A stretch of 64,000 bases of DNA from Promethearchaeati archaeon (GTDB lineage: Archaea > Asgardarchaeota > Heimdallarchaeia > Heimdallarchaeales > Heimdallarchaeaceae), in contig JABLTJ010000002.1 of the NCBI GenBank assembly GCA_013166775.1, positions 153,891 through 217,890 of the forward strand, given 5' to 3'. Within the stretch, counting starts at the first letter, position 1; every line of letters begins with the position of its first letter. A model generated the notes under the pieces. That model saw nothing but the letters and a program-made list of their open reading frames with translations, searched no databases and was not told the DNA's origin. The translations under genes and the position numbers were made by a program. This document shows, piece after piece, positions 20,855 to 29,784 of the stretch.

Positions 20855-21859
20855 TTATTTAGGTTTGATTTTCTTTCTTTTTACATAGACTATTGACGAA
20901 AATAGAACTATTGCTATCAGAGTACTGTAGAGAGATATTGGAGCTCTAAAAACAGTCATAAAAATTACTAAATCATCCATATTAATCAAAGTATCAATTA
21001 AAAAGACAAGAAACTCTCCTGCTGTCTGTTGTCCTTCTACCCATTCAACATTTTGCAAATTGATATCATAGTCAAAATCAAAGTTACCCAATTCAGTTCC
21101 CAAAATAATTGAAGTATTAATTCTCTTGATTCTCAAAGATAAATCTTGAAAGTTCAAAGTTATATTCTGTAGAAATAAAGCAAAATCGTTCATATCTTTA
21201 TTAATATTAACACTATCAAAGTAAAACTCATCACTGGTTTTCCATTCAAGCTCTTGATCATCTACAATAGCTGAAAGAGAGATGGATCCTTCTAGATACA
21301 TTTCAGGATCAATCTCAAGTGAGATAGAACTAATATTGGCAATATCTGGATCGTTGATAGTGAATTTCATTGAATTGAAGTTAATTGGTAAGCTAATGTT
21401 TTCTCCAATAAAAGAGAAAAAATTAGCTTTTATTTCAGCAGTCCCTTCTTCGATTTCTATGAAAAAAGTATCAGTGATAGGTGTTTTAACAATGATAGTC
21501 CCGTTTAGTCCTAGAGTTATATTCCCAGGATATCCTGAAACTTGAATTCCATATGTTGCATTTTCTTTCTTAAGATCTTTATTCAGATATCCTGTTAAAT
21601 TGAAAGGAACATTAAAATCAGTATGGAATGTAAGGTATGGATACAAACCTATTCCAAGAGTTTCATTTTCAAAAGCAAAAACCATCTTAGCATTAAAATC
21701 GTTAGAGTAATTAGTAATTTTAGAGGAAATAACCCAATCATTCTTGTCTTCTATCGTTCCAATTTCAAACGCAGAGACTAGATTCTGATTTGTATTTCCA
21801 ACGATAAATAACATTAGAATAGAGATTAGTAAACTGAATGTTAATTTCTGAAATTTCAC
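20855..21859 (-). CDS. Secreted, C-terminally anchored hypothetical surface protein
   Basis: Signal-peptide-like N-terminus, many N-x-S/T sequons, and a C-terminal AP-hydrophobic helix-KRKKIKPK. Confidence 0.7.
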   Translation of the reverse strand: MKFQKLTFSLLISILMLFIVGNTNQNLVSAFEIGTIEDKNDWVISSKITNYSNDFNAKMVFAFENETLGIGLYPYLTFHTDFNVPFNLTGYLNKDLKKENATYGIQVSGYPGNITLGLNGTIIVKTPITDTFFIEIEEGTAEIKANFFSFIGENISLPINFNSMKFTINDPDIANISSISLEIDPEMYLEGSISLSAIVDDQELEWKTSDEFYFDSVNINKDMNDFALFLQNITLNFQDLSLRIKRINTSIILGTELGNFDFDYDINLQNVEWVEGQQTAGEFLVFLIDTLINMDDLVIFMTVFRAPISLYSTLIAIVLFSSIVYVKRKKIKPK

Positions 21860-21963
21860 TATAACTTCCCCTACTTTAAATATAGATTTGAGCGTCTATA
21901 AAACCTTTTCATTCAACTATTTTCTGCAAAAGATTTAATATCAAGATATAGGAATTAAGAATT

Positions 21964-22929
21964 ATGTCTGAAAAAGACGAGAACATTGAAACTGAAGTTA
22001 AAACAAAACAGAAACGAAAAGAAAAAAGAGCTAAAAAAGAAAGAGTACGTGATGGACGATACAAAGAAAGTACTAAAGAATTCTTTCTTGGTATTTGGAA
22101 GTTTATAAGCTTCTTTCTAAAGATAATTTTAGCACCCTTTTGGTTTACAGTTGTACTGTTTATTAAAGCAATCAAGTTTCTTAGAGAAAAAGGGGATCAT
22201 CCATTAACTGATGAAGATAAAGGATTCCTTTCTCTGATACCAAGTCTTTTCTTTATGATGTGTCTAAGTATCATCGCTGCATTTCTGATTTTCTATTTTG
22301 GATTGCTCGATAAAGCAATTGAAACAATTACAAGTGATGGATTCTGGCCAGCAGTGGGATTGTTCTTCACTCAGATTGGAAAAGGAATTTACTGGTTACT
22401 TTATGTTGTTTTCGTTGATTTTTTGTATGGAATGATCATTCAACCTTTCGGAGATTTTATGCAAAATGCAAACTACTTCTGGGCTACTCTAATCATTGTT
22501 ATTATAATCATTTTACTAGTTGGTCTAGGACTTATGATGTATCATCTTATGAAAACTCAGAAACTAATAAAAGCGATAGGACGATTTTTCAAGAAAATCT
22601 GGAGTTACCCCAAAAAAGCTCACGATTGGATAAGAGAGAAAATTGTTTTGAAATATCTAGTAGGTGAAAAACATGTCGCAACGAAATCAAAGAGTTTCTT
22701 TTGGGGTGTTGTACTCATACAATTCATCATAACAATAGCTTTATTCATCCTAGCAATTGTATTAGGTGTTTTAAACTACATACAAGGCATCTGGGTTGGA
22801 CCTGATATTCTAGAATACTCTTTAGTTGTAGCGGGAATACTTTTCCTTGTTATAGGAATCTTTTCAACCTGGTTCTTTGTTAGAGTTTACGCAGTAGCTA
22901 CTAAAGTATCTGAAGAAGCAGCTACATAA
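21964..22929 (+). CDS. Hypothetical polytopic membrane protein
   Basis: Lys/Arg-rich N-terminus and 5-6 hydrophobic helices. Confidence 0.7.
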   Translation: MSEKDENIETEVKTKQKRKEKRAKKERVRDGRYKESTKEFFLGIWKFISFFLKIILAPFWFTVVLFIKAIKFLREKGDHPLTDEDKGFLSLIPSLFFMMCLSIIAAFLIFYFGLLDKAIETITSDGFWPAVGLFFTQIGKGIYWLLYVVFVDFLYGMIIQPFGDFMQNANYFWATLIIVIIIILLVGLGLMMYHLMKTQKLIKAIGRFFKKIWSYPKKAHDWIREKIVLKYLVGEKHVATKSKSFFWGVVLIQFIITIALFILAIVLGVLNYIQGIWVGPDILEYSLVVAGILFLVIGIFSTWFFVRVYAVATKVSEEAAT

Positions 22930-23053
22930 ACCTAAACATTTCTTTCTTTTTTTAGATTTTCTTTTGTTTATGCATATGTATAGCGAATACATATTTCATT
23001 CAGTAAAATTTAAATTCTAGTCAAATAAATAATAGATATCTTTGGTGAGATTA

Positions 23054-24067
23054 ATGAAATTACGAGTCGGTATTAACGGATTTGGACGCATTGGTCGAGG
23101 TGTCTTCAGAGCAGGCTTTGCACAATCAGATGTCGAATTTGTCGGGATAAATGATGTAGGTGATTCAAAAACTATGGCTCATTTACTCAAATATGATAGC
23201 ATTCACGGTAAATTTTCTCACGATGTAGATGCATCTGAAAACCACTTAAAAGTAGGTGGTAAAGAAATCCCAATAGCTAAGGAAAGAGATCCTGCAGATA
23301 TTCCGTGGAGTGAATGGAATGCAGATATAGTTTTCGAATGTGTAGGGATTTTTAGAACATATGAGCTAGCATCAAAACATCTAGATGGAGGAGCAAAAAG
23401 AGTTATCCTTTCAGCTCCCGATAAAGGAAAAACCAAACCAATCCCAGCTTTTGTTTTTGGTGTCAATGAGGACAAATATAATCCTGAAAATCACAAAATT
23501 ATTTCAAATGCAAGCTGCACAACCAACTGTTATGCTCCTGTGACAAAACTCATCGATGAATCATTTACTATCAAATCAGGATATATGACAACAGTTCATG
23601 CCTATACAACAGATCAAAAACTTCTTGATCTTCCTCACGGTGATTTAAGAAGGGCGAGATCTGCTACATTATCTATGATTCCAACATCAACAGGAGCTGC
23701 TAAAGCAGTTGGAAAAGTTCTACCGCATCTAGAAGGAAAGCTTCAAGCAATGTCAATCAGAGTACCTACACCTAATGTGTCACTTATTGACGCAGTTTAC
23801 TCTGTAGAGAATAAAGCATCAAAAGAAGAAGTAAATCAAGTTTTTGTTAATGCGTCCCTAGGAAAACTGAAAGGAATACTTGCTGTTTCTAACGAAGAAC
23901 TAGTGTCTTCCGATTATAATGGAATTCCTTATTCAGCAACAGTAGATTTGCCATTAACAATGGCATTTGATAATCAAATCAAGATAATTGCTTGGTATGA
24001 TAATGAAACAGGATATTCTTCAAGAATGATTGATTTAGCAAGGTATATTGCAAGCAAGGAAGGTTAA
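23054..24067 (+). CDS. gap: Class I (bacterial/eukaryotic type) glyceraldehyde-3-phosphate dehydrogenase
   Basis: GINGFGRIGR, ISNASCTTNC, PTSTGAAKAV, RVPTPNVS, WYDNE. GGTGA precedes ATG 23054. Confidence 0.95.
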   Translation: MKLRVGINGFGRIGRGVFRAGFAQSDVEFVGINDVGDSKTMAHLLKYDSIHGKFSHDVDASENHLKVGGKEIPIAKERDPADIPWSEWNADIVFECVGIFRTYELASKHLDGGAKRVILSAPDKGKTKPIPAFVFGVNEDKYNPENHKIISNASCTTNCYAPVTKLIDESFTIKSGYMTTVHAYTTDQKLLDLPHGDLRRARSATLSMIPTSTGAAKAVGKVLPHLEGKLQAMSIRVPTPNVSLIDAVYSVENKASKEEVNQVFVNASLGKLKGILAVSNEELVSSDYNGIPYSATVDLPLTMAFDNQIKIIAWYDNETGYSSRMIDLARYIASKEG

Positions 24068-24068
24068 C

Positions 24069-24446
24069 TCATCCTTCCTCTATACTTTTCATCATTCCAA
24101 TAAAAGCTTTGTAAAGGCACTCTGCGCAGCTTGTTGCTTCTGGATCAATGAATAGAATTACGTCTCTCATATTTTCATAGATTTTTCTTGGAATTGCTCT
24201 ATCGCCTATAATTATTCTGCGTTGTTTTGTAGGGCATGTAATACAATCCTCTTGATCATTAGTAACAGCATTCAAACAGTAGGAGGGATTGTTAAATTCT
24301 TCTAAATTAATATGTTCTAAATCCATTGGATCAAAAAAACTAATGACAATAACCTCATCGAATTCATCATCTAAGATACAATAAGTTGCACCTTCAAGTT
24401 CTTTATGCATGGGGCATGGTTGTCTAATCCACAAAAGTTTGGACAT
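24069..24446 (-). CDS. Cys-rich hypothetical protein, possibly metal-binding
   Basis: Seven Cys in 125 aa, including CPMH, CITC and CAEC. Confidence 0.65.
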   Translation of the reverse strand: MSKLLWIRQPCPMHKELEGATYCILDDEFDEVIVISFFDPMDLEHINLEEFNNPSYCLNAVTNDQEDCITCPTKQRRIIIGDRAIPRKIYENMRDVILFIDPEATSCAECLYKAFIGMMKSIEEG

Positions 24447-24540
24447 TATATCTACGTATCAACATTCAAGTTAAAAATTTTCAGATACTCTTAATCATGA
24501 AATACGTGTTTTCTAAAAAGAATAAAAAGAGAGAGCTGAT

Positions 24541-27500
24541 TTAAGCTCTGATAGGTGCTCTGCTTCTATAATCATAGTAAATTTTAGTAATTTCACTAAC
24601 CATTTTCTCATTGAAAGTTGTCATCATTACTGGATCTCCACTTGGAGCTTTGTGTCCTAGGAAACCTTCTTCAATTCCATCTCTGGTACCCATCATTACA
24701 GTTAACTGAGGATCATCCTTTACAGTAACATTTCCCATTGTAATCATTTTTGTTAGCAAAGCTTTGTCTTTTTCGTTGTGCTGTGATGTATTTGTTACAA
24801 TCTCAAGTTTTCTACTGAAAGTATCCATGAATTCAGAATCTATCCATCGTAATGTTGGAGAAACTATAGTAGCTGAAGATTTTGTATGTCTTAGCAATGC
24901 CATCATTGTTGCTCTTACTTGCTCGTTTCCTGTCACTAACCACATATCTTCTACAGGATTGGGTTCAATTCCCTTTCCTAGTGATAGAACATCCCTTAGT
25001 ATTTTCATTGAATCTCCTGTTGCTTCTAGAACAACGTCAATTTTACCAGGAATAGTGTTTAATAGTCCAGTAATATTAGTATCAACTGCTTCTACTTCTT
25101 GCAGAGAGCTTTTAATCAAATCTTCCTTGAAGCTCATCAGTTTAGAGTTATATTCAGTTTTCTGCGAATCTGCTATTTGTGAATCTTGAACTACCTTATC
25201 TAATTTCTCTATAAATGAGTTAAGTAATGATCCAAAGAGGTCTGAAACAGTTTTTTCCAGATTAGTGAGATCAGATTTTATTGTTTCATTACCTGAAGTA
25301 ATAGTATCAGTAAGAGTATCTCTAGTCCCTTGAACATTTGTTACTAATGCTGAGGAGTTTGAATCAGAATTTGTTATAAAACTACTTATCTGATGTTGGA
25401 CATTTAGATCATAATCCTTGCTGTCCTTGTCAAACTCTTCTTTAATAGAAGTAACATTACTCTCAAAATCAGTTGACATCTTATCGTATGATTTTTCTAA
25501 ATCCTTGTGAACTCCTTCATACATTACATCGATTTCTGCTTGTACTAATGATTTGAATTCATTAGTTGAGGTGTCTAATTTACTTGAGAAAGAGTCTGTA
25601 TCCTTCTTTATTAGCTTTGGATACTCTATAGTTAGTTTCTGCATTTCCTCCTTAGTGAGTATAACTACCTCATCTAGTTCTGAAGATTTCTCAGGAGATA
25701 CATTTAATTCAGCGAGTAATTCTTCAGTACCTTCTAAGAACTGTTGAATTTCCTGATCGATTAATTCGTTTATTTCGCTTTCAACTTTTGCAGTTTGGGT
25801 AGTATAATTAGCAACTGCTTCATCTAAAGTAACAGAAACATCAGTATCTAAAGCGTTCTTAGCAGTTTCAAACTCTGATTGCATTGTTTTCATATTTGTA
25901 TCCATAGAAGAGTTAACTTTAGTAACTAATTTTGTATGATCATCAATATTTGTCTTGAGTGTCTCTTGAAGAGTATTCATAACTTCTTCATTGTTTCCTT
26001 TCATCAAAGTAAAGATTTCTTCTTTCTTTGTTTGTAATGCAGTGAGTCCTTCTTCTAAATGGAGCTGCATCTTTGTTTTATCCCCTTCTTCTGCAGATAC
26101 TGAGGATTTTACAATGTCGTCTAGAGAGGTCTTAATTTTCTTTATTACTCCACTGAATGCTTTAGATTCAGCACCGACCACTTCCCTCAATCCACTTGTG
26201 CTGGTATCCTGGAGTTCAATATATTGTTCCTCGTAAGTTACATATGTTTCTTCTATTGTTTTCTTCATCTCATCTAATGATTTTGATAATTGATCGCTTA
26301 TCTCGGTTCTAGATTTCTCAAGAGACTGACTAGATGATTGAATTGTATTGTTTGTAAATTGCGAAAGCTCATCTAGCCTTGCATTAACTCTTTGAAAAAC
26401 TCCAGTGGATAAAGTTGTCATAGAATCTGAAAATGTTTGAATCATATCCTCAGCTTTTGAACCAACACTATCCTTGAGAAGTTCAATATCTCTATTCATG
26501 CTTCCAATAAGTTGAGCCATTCTTGGCCCATCTTCCTTACCAAAAACTCTCTGAAGTTGCTTTTGATCTAATCCTTGGAAGGAGCTGTTAATTTCTTCAA
26601 TTTTCGCTACCGCTGATTTAAACTGATCACTAATTTCATTCAATCTATCTAAACTCGTTTTGTAATATATTTGTACTAAATCTGGTACTTCATCTCGTAT
26701 GTCTCTACCTCTTTTCGAAAAATCATCTGAAAATGCTTGAATATCATTATTGAATTGTGTTTCTTTTTCTTGAATTAGATCCTTAATTGCACTATCATTG
26801 TCCTTCACATTTTTCTCAATATTAGAAACAACTTTCTCTTTTAGCTCATTTAGGTGAGAAGTAAACACTTGTTTGAACTCATCATGAGTTGAAGTAAAAA
26901 TTTTAACCCGTTCATCCAGAGATGTTTGATAATCCGTTGCAGTTTTTGACAAATCATCTAAATAAGAATTAGTTGATTCTTCAAAAGTTGTCATTATTTC
27001 ATCAATAAAAGTAGTCACTTGATCACTCACTTTTTCAATTGAAGATGACAAATTTTCTTTGAAAAGGCTGAAACCATCTTCTATTCCTTTCTTGAGAAGT
27101 GATAAAAGACCATCGCTGTTCTTTTTGAAATCTTTGAGATAAGATGATAAATCAGAGCTAAGTTTGCTTTTCATTTCTTCGGTTTTACCTTCTGTTTGAG
27201 TGATTAATGCACCTAATTTTTCTACAGAATCAGTCTTGGTTTTATTAAGAAGATCTACGAATTGGTTTTCGTTTTCTTTTAGAATGTTTACAGCTGTTTC
27301 TTTTGATTTATCTATTGATGATTTGATTCTGTTAGTAGTTGCTTCTTCAAGTTTCTTAAGTTCTTCATTCAATGAAGCTAGAATCAATTTTGTTTTTTCT
27401 TGATGTTTATCTAATTTGGTTTCATAATTTGCAATTATTTTGTTTAGTGTGCCTGTTAGTTTTTTAGTTGAATCTTGAGTGGATGTCTTTGAATCAGATT

Positions 27501-28311
27501 TGATTTTGTTTACTACATCGCTAGTTACTTCATCTATAACTTTTTTCTTCCCTTTTGCAGTTTCAAGAAATGTTTGAAGCTGCAAGGATAGACTCTCCTT
27601 TATTCCTTCCACTTTCTCCAATATTGCATCAAGTTGAACATTTATTCTTACGTTGTGTTCTTGTTGAAGAGAACCGAATGTTTCTTCAACCTTAAGCTTG
27701 AAAGCTTCATGATGTTCTCCTATTTTGTGTATTGTGGAATCGAAGGAATTCAAAACGTTCTCTCTAACTCTTTGAGCAGATTTAGCTATATTCTCACTGT
27801 TTGTAGAAGATATTGTTGAAGTTTCGGAATTAACTCTTTCAATAATCTCTGTTAGTTCACTCTTTCCTGTGTCTACATGTGATGATATAATTTCTAGAAA
27901 TTGTTTTGATATCCCACTTACTTCTTGAGAATGAGCGTCTACATCTTGAGTGATTTTCTCATGAAAACTAGTTAATTGTGTTCTAAAATTCTGCATTGTT
28001 TTATTCCAATCAACTTTAACATCATCACTCAGAGTTTTCAATTCATTTTCTAAACGTTGAGAAACGTCTTCTGTTAATTTAATTTGAGGAGGTAATGGAA
28101 TATAATAAGAAGTTCCTTCTGCATTTTTTGCTTTTACCTCTTTAACATATCCGCGACCAACCAATTTTTCCAATGCTGAATTTATTTCATCAGCAGAGAT
28201 CTTAACGTAGGTCTGGATTTGTCCAACAGTACGGAAACCATACTGCACAATGTTTGAATAAACTTGGATTTCATCTTTCGATAATCCTATTTTTTCTAAT
28301 GTTCCTTGCAT
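24541..28311 (-). CDS. TrmB-like protein (N-terminal wHTH, C-terminal TrmB effector/PLD-like domain) split by a ~1040-aa helical rod
   Basis: N-terminus LEKIGLSKDEIQVY...L.KL..RGYV...YYIPLPP is TrmB-type. C-terminus MWLVTG.EQV...L.HTKSSATIVSP...RDG.E matches the TrmB C-domain pattern. aa 76-1116 is helical with only 5 Pro. Confidence 0.75.
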   Translation of the reverse strand: MQGTLEKIGLSKDEIQVYSNIVQYGFRTVGQIQTYVKISADEINSALEKLVGRGYVKEVKAKNAEGTSYYIPLPPQIKLTEDVSQRLENELKTLSDDVKVDWNKTMQNFRTQLTSFHEKITQDVDAHSQEVSGISKQFLEIISSHVDTGKSELTEIIERVNSETSTISSTNSENIAKSAQRVRENVLNSFDSTIHKIGEHHEAFKLKVEETFGSLQQEHNVRINVQLDAILEKVEGIKESLSLQLQTFLETAKGKKKVIDEVTSDVVNKIKSDSKTSTQDSTKKLTGTLNKIIANYETKLDKHQEKTKLILASLNEELKKLEEATTNRIKSSIDKSKETAVNILKENENQFVDLLNKTKTDSVEKLGALITQTEGKTEEMKSKLSSDLSSYLKDFKKNSDGLLSLLKKGIEDGFSLFKENLSSSIEKVSDQVTTFIDEIMTTFEESTNSYLDDLSKTATDYQTSLDERVKIFTSTHDEFKQVFTSHLNELKEKVVSNIEKNVKDNDSAIKDLIQEKETQFNNDIQAFSDDFSKRGRDIRDEVPDLVQIYYKTSLDRLNEISDQFKSAVAKIEEINSSFQGLDQKQLQRVFGKEDGPRMAQLIGSMNRDIELLKDSVGSKAEDMIQTFSDSMTTLSTGVFQRVNARLDELSQFTNNTIQSSSQSLEKSRTEISDQLSKSLDEMKKTIEETYVTYEEQYIELQDTSTSGLREVVGAESKAFSGVIKKIKTSLDDIVKSSVSAEEGDKTKMQLHLEEGLTALQTKKEEIFTLMKGNNEEVMNTLQETLKTNIDDHTKLVTKVNSSMDTNMKTMQSEFETAKNALDTDVSVTLDEAVANYTTQTAKVESEINELIDQEIQQFLEGTEELLAELNVSPEKSSELDEVVILTKEEMQKLTIEYPKLIKKDTDSFSSKLDTSTNEFKSLVQAEIDVMYEGVHKDLEKSYDKMSTDFESNVTSIKEEFDKDSKDYDLNVQHQISSFITNSDSNSSALVTNVQGTRDTLTDTITSGNETIKSDLTNLEKTVSDLFGSLLNSFIEKLDKVVQDSQIADSQKTEYNSKLMSFKEDLIKSSLQEVEAVDTNITGLLNTIPGKIDVVLEATGDSMKILRDVLSLGKGIEPNPVEDMWLVTGNEQVRATMMALLRHTKSSATIVSPTLRWIDSEFMDTFSRKLEIVTNTSQHNEKDKALLTKMITMGNVTVKDDPQLTVMMGTRDGIEEGFLGHKAPSGDPVMMTTFNEKMVSEITKIYYDYRSRAPIRA

Positions 28312-28320
28312 TTTAATCCC

Positions 28321-29775
28321 TTATCTATACAATTCATTCTTTATTGCTTCGATGTTCTTTTCTAATCTTTCTAAACGACTTATGAGATCTCTTTTCCTTT
28401 TCTCTGATTCTTCTGCTAGTTTTATATTTTGCTTTGCTTCAGTTTCCAAATCAGTTAGAGTGGTTTCTTGAGTCGCTATTATTTGACCTTTAGCTGCAGA
28501 TGCGGATGAAGATAAATCAGCTACAGCATCCTTTTCAACAGATTCCAGTCTTGTAATAATTTGGCTACTGGTTTTGTCTACTGATTCAATTATATCAGAA
28601 ACATCTTGCTCTATTGAAGATATTTTGTCTACAATTGTACTATTTGCTCTACTTTCGATATCAGATATCTTGCTCTCAAGATCAGTTTTCATTTCTTCAA
28701 ATTTTGAATTAAGTTGTTCTTGTTCACTTGATAATAATGTTTTAGCTTCTTGTTTCATCGTATCAGACTGTTCTGAGAAAGATGTTAGAATTTTATCAAC
28801 ATCTTCATTAAATCCTTCTTCAAAACCTTGAAGTTCGTTGCTATGTGCTTCTAGTTGATCTTTCGCAATTCCATCATATTTCTTAATCATATCAGCTTTT
28901 GAGCTATTGAAATTTGACATTGCTACTTCATTCACATCTATCATACCTTTTTCGTATTCAGCAAGAACATCTTGAACTTTAGTAATTTCATCTACAAGGT
29001 ATTTATCCATTGTATCTGATACACCTGAAAGTTCAGCTTGAATTCTTTTTACTGCGTTACTTACTAATTGTTCCAAATCATTTTTGATTCTATTAAAACT
29101 CTCAAAGATGGATTCCATATTCTCTGTTAATTTATCACCATATTCTGAACGTAAATGTTCAATTGATTCAAGCATAATATTCTCTGTAATGTTAATATTA
29201 TCATTAAGCTGTTCTTTCATATCTTCAGCGTTCTTTTCAAATGTACTAATGTTGTTGTTTTTTATTTCAACGATATTCTCTTTAGCTCCTGTAACTACTT
29301 TTCTAAAAGTGTTAATTTGGTTATTAGCTAATCTTTCCAAATCTTGGGTATGGGAGCCTATAACTGTATTAATATTATCATTAAAGGAAGTTGTATAATT
29401 TCCATACATAGTCTTGCTTTCAGATAGCAGTGAAACAATCGATTCTTTTAGATTTTCAAGCTGATTATTAGTCTCTGTGAACTTAGAATAGATAGTTTCT
29501 TTTTGGGATTCCGTCCATTCTTGAACTAAATTTTTGTTATCAGAAGTATTTTTACTAGTTTGTTCTTCTAACTTGTTTTTGTTTTCATCTATAAGATTCC
29601 TGAGATTCTCATTCAATGCAATGAATTTATTCTGAATTAAAGTTGTTAAAACCTGATAATATCTTTGAAGCTCCAACATACCTTCCAGAGATTCTTTAAA
29701 ATTTGTAACTTCATTTTCCAGATTTTCAATTTCCCTTCTTATTTTCTCTAAATCCTTTTCTACTCTTTCTGACAT
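28321..29775 (-). CDS. All-helical, proline-free coiled-coil protein
   Basis: No Pro or Cys; continuous amphipathic pattern. AGGTGA overlaps the upstream TAG and precedes ATG 29775 (ORF track GTG 29784). Confidence 0.8.
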   Translation of the reverse strand: MSERVEKDLEKIRREIENLENEVTNFKESLEGMLELQRYYQVLTTLIQNKFIALNENLRNLIDENKNKLEEQTSKNTSDNKNLVQEWTESQKETIYSKFTETNNQLENLKESIVSLLSESKTMYGNYTTSFNDNINTVIGSHTQDLERLANNQINTFRKVVTGAKENIVEIKNNNISTFEKNAEDMKEQLNDNINITENIMLESIEHLRSEYGDKLTENMESIFESFNRIKNDLEQLVSNAVKRIQAELSGVSDTMDKYLVDEITKVQDVLAEYEKGMIDVNEVAMSNFNSSKADMIKKYDGIAKDQLEAHSNELQGFEEGFNEDVDKILTSFSEQSDTMKQEAKTLLSSEQEQLNSKFEEMKTDLESKISDIESRANSTIVDKISSIEQDVSDIIESVDKTSSQIITRLESVEKDAVADLSSSASAAKGQIIATQETTLTDLETEAKQNIKLAEESEKRKRDLISRLERLEKNIEAIKNELYR

Positions 29776-29784
29776 TTTTTTCAC

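Noticed and set aside
22967-22982. TGCATATG-like motifs upstream of gap and map, similar to the 47775 palindrome
   Set aside because: Short, imperfect and AT-rich; not enough to claim a regulon without genome-wide statistics.
24541-29784. Calling the rod proteins SMC/Rad50 or methyl-accepting chemotaxis proteins
   Set aside because: No Walker A/B, ABC signature, CxxC hook or MCP hairpin motif is present. Only the topology is analogous.
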